From Eledone cirrhosa (Eukaryota), in contig OZ024749.1 in the NCBI GenBank assembly GCA_964016885.1, positions 47,678,001 through 47,742,000 of the forward strand: 64,000 nucleotides of DNA. Direction: 5' to 3'. A program made the position numbers and the translations under genes. Every line of letters begins with the position of its first letter. The stretch's first letter is position 1. The notes below the pieces were generated by a model that did no database searches, was not told the DNA's origin, and saw nothing but the letters and a program-made list of their open reading frames with translations. Shown piece by piece: positions 57,293-64,000 of this stretch.

Positions 57293-57956
57293 TGTGTGTG
57301 TATTTGTGTGTGTATGTGTGTGTATGTATGTGTGATGTGTGTGTGTGTTTAGGTGTGCATATATGTTAGTGATTCTAACGATAATAAACTTAAATGAGTA
57401 ACAATTACTTATTACTTCGCTATCTTTGATAGTTTTATGATATAATTTACGAGGTAATAAATTTGGAAGGATAAAGGCAACCATTATTACAGCAAGTTTG
57501 TTTAATTACCTCAGAGTAAATAAGCAATCAGAAACATTTCAGATGTTATATTATTTCATTTATAGAAGGAGAAATGAATTCGGTTTTTGTTATTGATACT
57601 CTTTAACATAAGTAAATATATGCGAACTAAGCAACCCCCAAAATTTCCATTTGTGTATATCCTCCTTTCCAGGCACTAGGAATTGAGCTTTGTTTTAGTT
57701 GTGGGCGTTCATTTTGTCCTGCGTAAAATGTATGTTTTAAAATATGTTTTTCTACATGTTGAATGCTTGCATGTGCAAACATATAATTATCAAGATTATC
57801 AAGATCATTTAATGGGTCAACACTCGCCCATATACGTATGTAAATATGAGTTTATATTATAGTATACGTATGCAATAACATAAACTCATATATAGACAGG
57901 CGAGCCTGAAACACACATACACGCATCTGTCTCTCTCTCTCCCTCTCTCTCTCTCC

Positions 57957-57993
<37 letters not shown>

Positions 57994-59652
57994 GATGTGT
58001 GCCTGTGTGTGTATGTGTGTGTATTAAATATTTGGGATTATATCTAACATCATTTAACATGTTTATGTTTGCATGCTTCTTTCTCAATATGAAATATATT
58101 GTAAATCAATTTGAATTCCGCTTTACATAATAGACGGTAATGTATTATTTAAATAACATACACATTTACATGTGACATAAATTAATTATACAATATTAAA
58201 CAAAGATCGTTCGTGTTATATATCCCTGAGGATACAGACAAGATTCAGTTTTCTCTGGATCAAAATATATTATTTGATGCGTCTATAATTCTCGGCCATA
58301 GGGGATATGAGATATAAAGCAGAATTGTTTTAACAGAAGCAGTGAGTTCAACTAACTGAAATATTGCGATTGAAGTCTTCTGTACTGATCAATAAATTAT
58401 CAATTTGATGCACGCTTCACATACAATACATCAATTTTATATGTATGTGAATGTTTCATGTTTACGCATCTGTGTTTTGTAAAGTAAATTTATATATATA
58501 TGTATACATACATATATAAGAATGTGTGTGTATGTGTGTGTGTGTATGTGTGTGTGTGTGTGTTCGTATGTGTGTGTGTGTATGTGTGTGTGTGGGTGTG
58601 TAGATTCCTGTGTTGTGTCGGGGTTTACCAAATTTACAAAAGGTATTTAATACATGCATCTTTATTATTTAATACCTGCATATTTAGAAATGCCGTCTAC
58701 ATGACTAGACTTACGTAAATCGTATGAAATTATCCTGATGATTTCATACGAATGAACCAGTTCTAGTCCACTAGAAATCATGTCTGTACTTAATATATAT
58801 ATATATATAATTTGTGTTGCTGTGCTTTTGTGTGTGTATGTGTTTCCGTGTGTATTCATGCATATACCTGCATTCACGCAAACAAACATACATATGTCAC
58901 ACATAGTTACATACATACCAACTTTCAATGTTAGACAGTGCTCATATCTGAACACAAATACAGCGAATCTGGAAAAAGTCATCCAGTATAAGTTAATATA
59001 GATGAAATTCCTAAAAGTATAATTATATAGTGTCTTTGTCTAATTCACCAGGTTTATTTCATAGAATGAGTGTTCAGTACACTCCGGTATGATTTAGAAG
59101 TAATTGTATATTTTGTTAATCATAATTGAAAATATTTCATGGCGTTGAATCACAAAGAATGTTGTTCTGTTTTAATTCTAAGCTTTTACAAACACCACTA
59201 TTATGTTAGAAACAATGCAATTCTACTCTCTCTCATATTAGAAACTGACATTGTATTAAAAAACGTATGTGACAGTCAACTAGAATGCAGCGTTGTATTT
59301 TTCCAGACAGGTTTACGCCAATTAACGTACACAGAAATGTATTGCAAATTTGATATGAAATGAAATATTTGACAAATAAAAAAAAACAATAGCATTGTCT
59401 GCAGACTTTCTCTATGAAAAGAAAATAGTATTATCTTCACAAATATAGAATTATGTCCGATTTGCACGGTCTTGAAACGGCAAATAAATATTAAGACTTT
59501 AATTTCTTGGGAACAAATCTATTACTGATTGACAGATGCATAACATGAGGTTATTATATACCACAGACCTATATATACCAGGCGTAAAACCCTTATGCTC
59601 AGCAAACGGCCGCTTGTATACAGAGGCTGTTTGTGTCTCACTATTATAAAAC

Positions 59653-59750
<98 letters not shown>

Positions 59751-59983
59751 TTGCTATAGTTATATAGATATAATTGAATGTAGGGAGGCATGGGTGGCGT
59801 GTTGGTGTAATGGTAACACATTGGTCCGGCAAAATAAAGCTCTGGTTGTGTGTCCCATGTACGTCAATACCCATCTATTTTCTTCCATTCAGAGGGGTTT
59901 TTTTCAAATCCCAACAAACAGACTAATTCTATGTAGTCAGATACGACGTTAGCACATGTTACTACCTAATTATATATATATAT

Positions 59984-60050
<67 letters not shown>

Positions 60051-60380
60051 CCTCAAACAAAGTGGACATAAGTTATAAAAGTAATATTTTCAAACGTTGG
60101 GAAGATGCCATATCTTGTGTAGACATTACAACACAGGGACTAACAAATTTTAAATGACATGCTGTGATGATTTTAACTTGAAATGCACTGCAAACCTAGA
60201 AGGCTTTGCAAAATATTTGACATCTCCTTACGGAGTCTGGCATCTAAACCTCGTTTATTGAATGTGAATAATAGTAACATAATTTACGATATATATTCAG
60301 CGAATGAACTATGTCTTCTAACCTATCATCTGTATGATTTTAGCCTCTGTATTTCTATCTATCCCTCTCGCTCTCTCTGA

Positions 60381-60415
<35 letters not shown>

Positions 60416-62191
60416 TATATATTTAATATATATATATATTATATATATATATATTATATATATTATTATATAATATATATTTATATATTATATATATATA
60501 ATATATAATATATATATAATATGTATATATTAATATATATATACACATACATACACACATACATACATATGTGCTCGTGTGTGTGTGTATATATGAACGG
60601 ATAGAGAGGTGTCCATAGAGAGAGGGAAGTCCTATTTTCATGAGATGAAATTGATCGTCTCTCCCATTATGGAAGACCTCGGTTTTGCGTGGTGGATTGA
60701 TGAAACATCATAGTGGCAATATACTGTATAGCAGTTCAACCGTGGTCGCTGAAACAGATTCAGAGTAATGTAATGAGGTTAATTATTTTAAGATTTTTTG
60801 TCATGCGCCTATATTAAGTGTCATGTTTAAAAAATATGTTATATTCCGTGATACACGTTCATTAAAGATGTTACATATAAGCGTCATTAGGAAAACCATG
60901 TTAATATATTAATGAACACAAAAGAAACCATACATCTTTTACCATGTTAAAATATACTACGGATAAATGAAATACGTGATGTTTAATTTAATTAAATTTA
61001 CACGTATAACAATAAAATATATATGAATCTGAATAAACATGTTACTGATTATGTGTAGATAATTTGTAAATGTATACACATTTTTGTTTTAAATGGTTCT
61101 CCATTGAATGTGCTCTATGTAGAAATATGTGCAATAAGACTGACATTTATGGCGTTCTGTGATAACTTTCATGTGAATCTGATATTGTGTTTCATCTTCA
61201 ATTTTTCATAAACCGTATATAAAATTGCAAGTCCAGTTTTTATATGCACGGTGTTGTCAGGGAATGTAATTTTATCGTTTCGTTGCAATCGTTGTTTGAT
61301 TATTGGGAAACATATCACATCACAAGCAATTAATTTAATGCTTAAAGGCACTATGTTAATACTTTTTTTATGATGCATATAATTTGAAAGACGATTTGAA
61401 ATCAGCCGCTTTGAACGCTTTTCTCATTAAATTAATAAAAAATGCTAATTTCTTAATTGATCAAATAGCATCCCGGTTTTATTAAACTATTAGATGATGG
61501 CTAACATCATCTAGATGCGCATGAGTAAGCCAATAAAAAATTAAATTTATATTTGTACATTTTGGAATCTAATATATATTGTTTCAGCCAAGAACAAGAA
61601 TAATTCAGGCCTGGAAAATATGAGTTGCATCATTTCAATGTTATTAGTTTGGTAAAGCATGATATTGCTATATACATTAAATGGATGTATACTGAGTCAT
61701 ATGATCGGCATTTTCTGTGTTGGAGAATTGAGATTATGAAGTTATCTTAATCAAAATGTACAACATTAGTGTGTTATATACGGTCTTCGAATGCCACTGC
61801 ACGTGTTGTTTGTTTTCGGTCAGATCACAATGAAACGTATTTGATATGTAATAAAGTATGTATATGCTACAACACTGATTCTTTCTTCCATTATATATTA
61901 ATTTGGTTGATTACGCTGTCACCCAAGAGTATCGAGTGCTCATAGGGCATACCGCCTATGGATGCAATTTATGTGCACCCTTAATGCCTATATATATATA
62001 TATATAATATATAATATTATATATATATATATTACATATATATACATAATCATCTGAAGTATACTATTAGCTGATATACTTATATATGATTTACTCTAGA
62101 CAAAAAAGGATTATTGATTCTTTTCCAGCCTGCTAGGTATATATGTTTGGTCTTGTTTACTGGTCATTTGTAGACAAAAATCGTAACAAAG

Positions 62192-62235
62192 TTCTCTTCT
62201 GATGAGGAGAAACTCTCTGAAGCGCGTAAAGAAAA
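62192..62235 (+). ncRNA. Minimal type I hammerhead motif with one core mutation
   Basis: TTCTCTT-CTGATGA-GGAGAAACTCTCT-GAAG-CGCG-TA-AAGAAAA: helix I pairs at 6 of 7, palindromic CGCG, GUA triplet; GAAA has become GAAG. Confidence 0.62.
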
Positions 62236-64000
62236 TCTCCTACGTAGGAATTATTAGTATACTTATATTAGTGTTGCATGTTGCTTTATAACAGTCACGA
62301 TGAAAGAAGAGAATATATAATATTGTTTTATATGTGGATTCATTTCCATGCGATGGTTAATAAATAACAGTTTATATAGAATTGGGTTAAATGATATAGT
62401 GTTAAAACGTATTCTCTTGATGAACATCCGATATTTTGTTACATTGGCATAGGTTTTTATCAGCCACTTTCACAAGAACATTTGATTGCGAAATTTTAAT
62501 CTTACGCGTGCATGAACACCTGACATCACTGTGTGTCCAAGTACTTTCTAATAATTCATGTATGAATCCTTATAATTTTGAAATATCAATCTGGAATAAT
62601 TCTAGTATGTTTTTACGTTGAATATGGACAATTTTGTAACATTTTGAATGGAGTAGAAAAACATTTGGATTTAGAAAAAAAAAGAAAATAATTAATCAGA
62701 AATTTATAAAAATGTTGATTTCATATTTGATGTTTTGAAAATAAATATTATGGAATATTTTCGCGCAGTTCCTCTAATGAAATAATAACTTTTCATGTTA
62801 CACTAAACACAAAATTGCAATTATCGCGTGTAACATCAAAAAGGTTGGTAACTTAGAAACGATAAAGAAATTATTAATACAAAATGAGAACCATGAAATT
62901 AATACTTGTATCTTAAAATTATTTTTACTTCATGAATGAGGCTAGTCTTAGTTTGTGACGGTAATTGCAAAACAACATTCGGTAGAGGGCACAGGAACGA
63001 TTTGCTCAGGGTGATTGTGCACATGTGAGATTCATAAATCAGACTTATTTATTCATCTGTCTATAAGAGGAAAATATAGTTATGTATTATATATAGATTG
63101 TATACATAGAATACTGTATATATTAGTATACTATGTGTAATGTACTATGTATATGTGTCAGCTATTTTCTCATTCTTTCGTAAATCCAAAATAAATATTT
63201 GAAATTGTCAATGTAATTTTTCCTTTACCCGATGTCATTATTATTACAATAGCTTTATTTTTATTGTGTGAAGTCACTTCAGTTTCAGGCATAATCGAGG
63301 GTTGTTTGACTGCAATAATAATAATAATAATAATAATAACAATAATATAATAATAGTTTGGTAACAATTGCTAATGTTTGTATTGTTGATGATGAAGGGG
63401 CTGTCGTTATTTTTTGCTTATGTTGTTTTAATAATAGTGATAACATAAATAAACTATAATTCGTTTAATTCACAGCATAAGAATGATGTTATCGGCAATA
63501 TTTTTTTCATTATTAATCATGATAATGCTGATTGTGCTGATTGGGAAGATTTCCTATCTTCTTTGTTAATCTTGTAATGAAATCTCTTGCAATTTCCCTT
63601 CGAAAAACCTAATCAAAATGTGTGTTAATATCTGTTATTTTGAATTGGCTTAGACAATAGAATTGTATATGCGCACTACAAACCAAATTGTGGAAAACTG
63701 ATTCAATACGGTTAATACACACATGCACATACATGTAATATGCATAGCAAATAAGATATGAACAAATAATCATAATCATATACAGGTGCCCATATATATG
63801 TTGTTTCGGATTTTTATTTCCTTTCATTCTCTATCTGAATATATATTCCTGTATGTCACTTCAATTGAAATGTTCTCAATATTAAAATGTAATATGAATT
63901 ATAGATGCTTTCAATGTAATATTGTGCATTTATTTAATTTTCGTAAATATTGTGTTGCTTCCCTGATGTGAATATTTTGTATTTAATTTGGTTTTCGAAA

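Overview
AT-rich, microsatellite-dense eukaryotic DNA that is intronic or intergenic. The tRNA-type SINEs resemble those I recall from Octopus genomes; that taxon call is an inference. No intact host gene is visible, and nearly all ORFs in the track are translations of (TA)n, (CA)n or (GA)n. The recognisable coding relics are retroelements: a 5'-truncated Penelope-like element (RT + GIY-YIG, 21962-23030, -), a disabled R4/Dong-type RLE LINE between (TAA)n tracts (49755-53240, -) with a fragment of a second Dong-like lineage beside it, the 3' end of a CRE-like LINE, and decayed CR1/RTE-like pieces. The most striking signal is non-coding. Several families of 80-300 bp elements lodged in (TA)n tracts carry type I hammerhead-ribozyme motifs (CUGANGA...GAAA, self-complementary helix III, NUH). 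Many copies are fold-back palindromes whose turning point falls on a ribozyme helix or core boundary, leaving mirrored half-hammerheads. I read these as a Penelope-associated, TA-lodged 'retrozyme-like' system. All motifs were identified by eye and none has been tested for activity.
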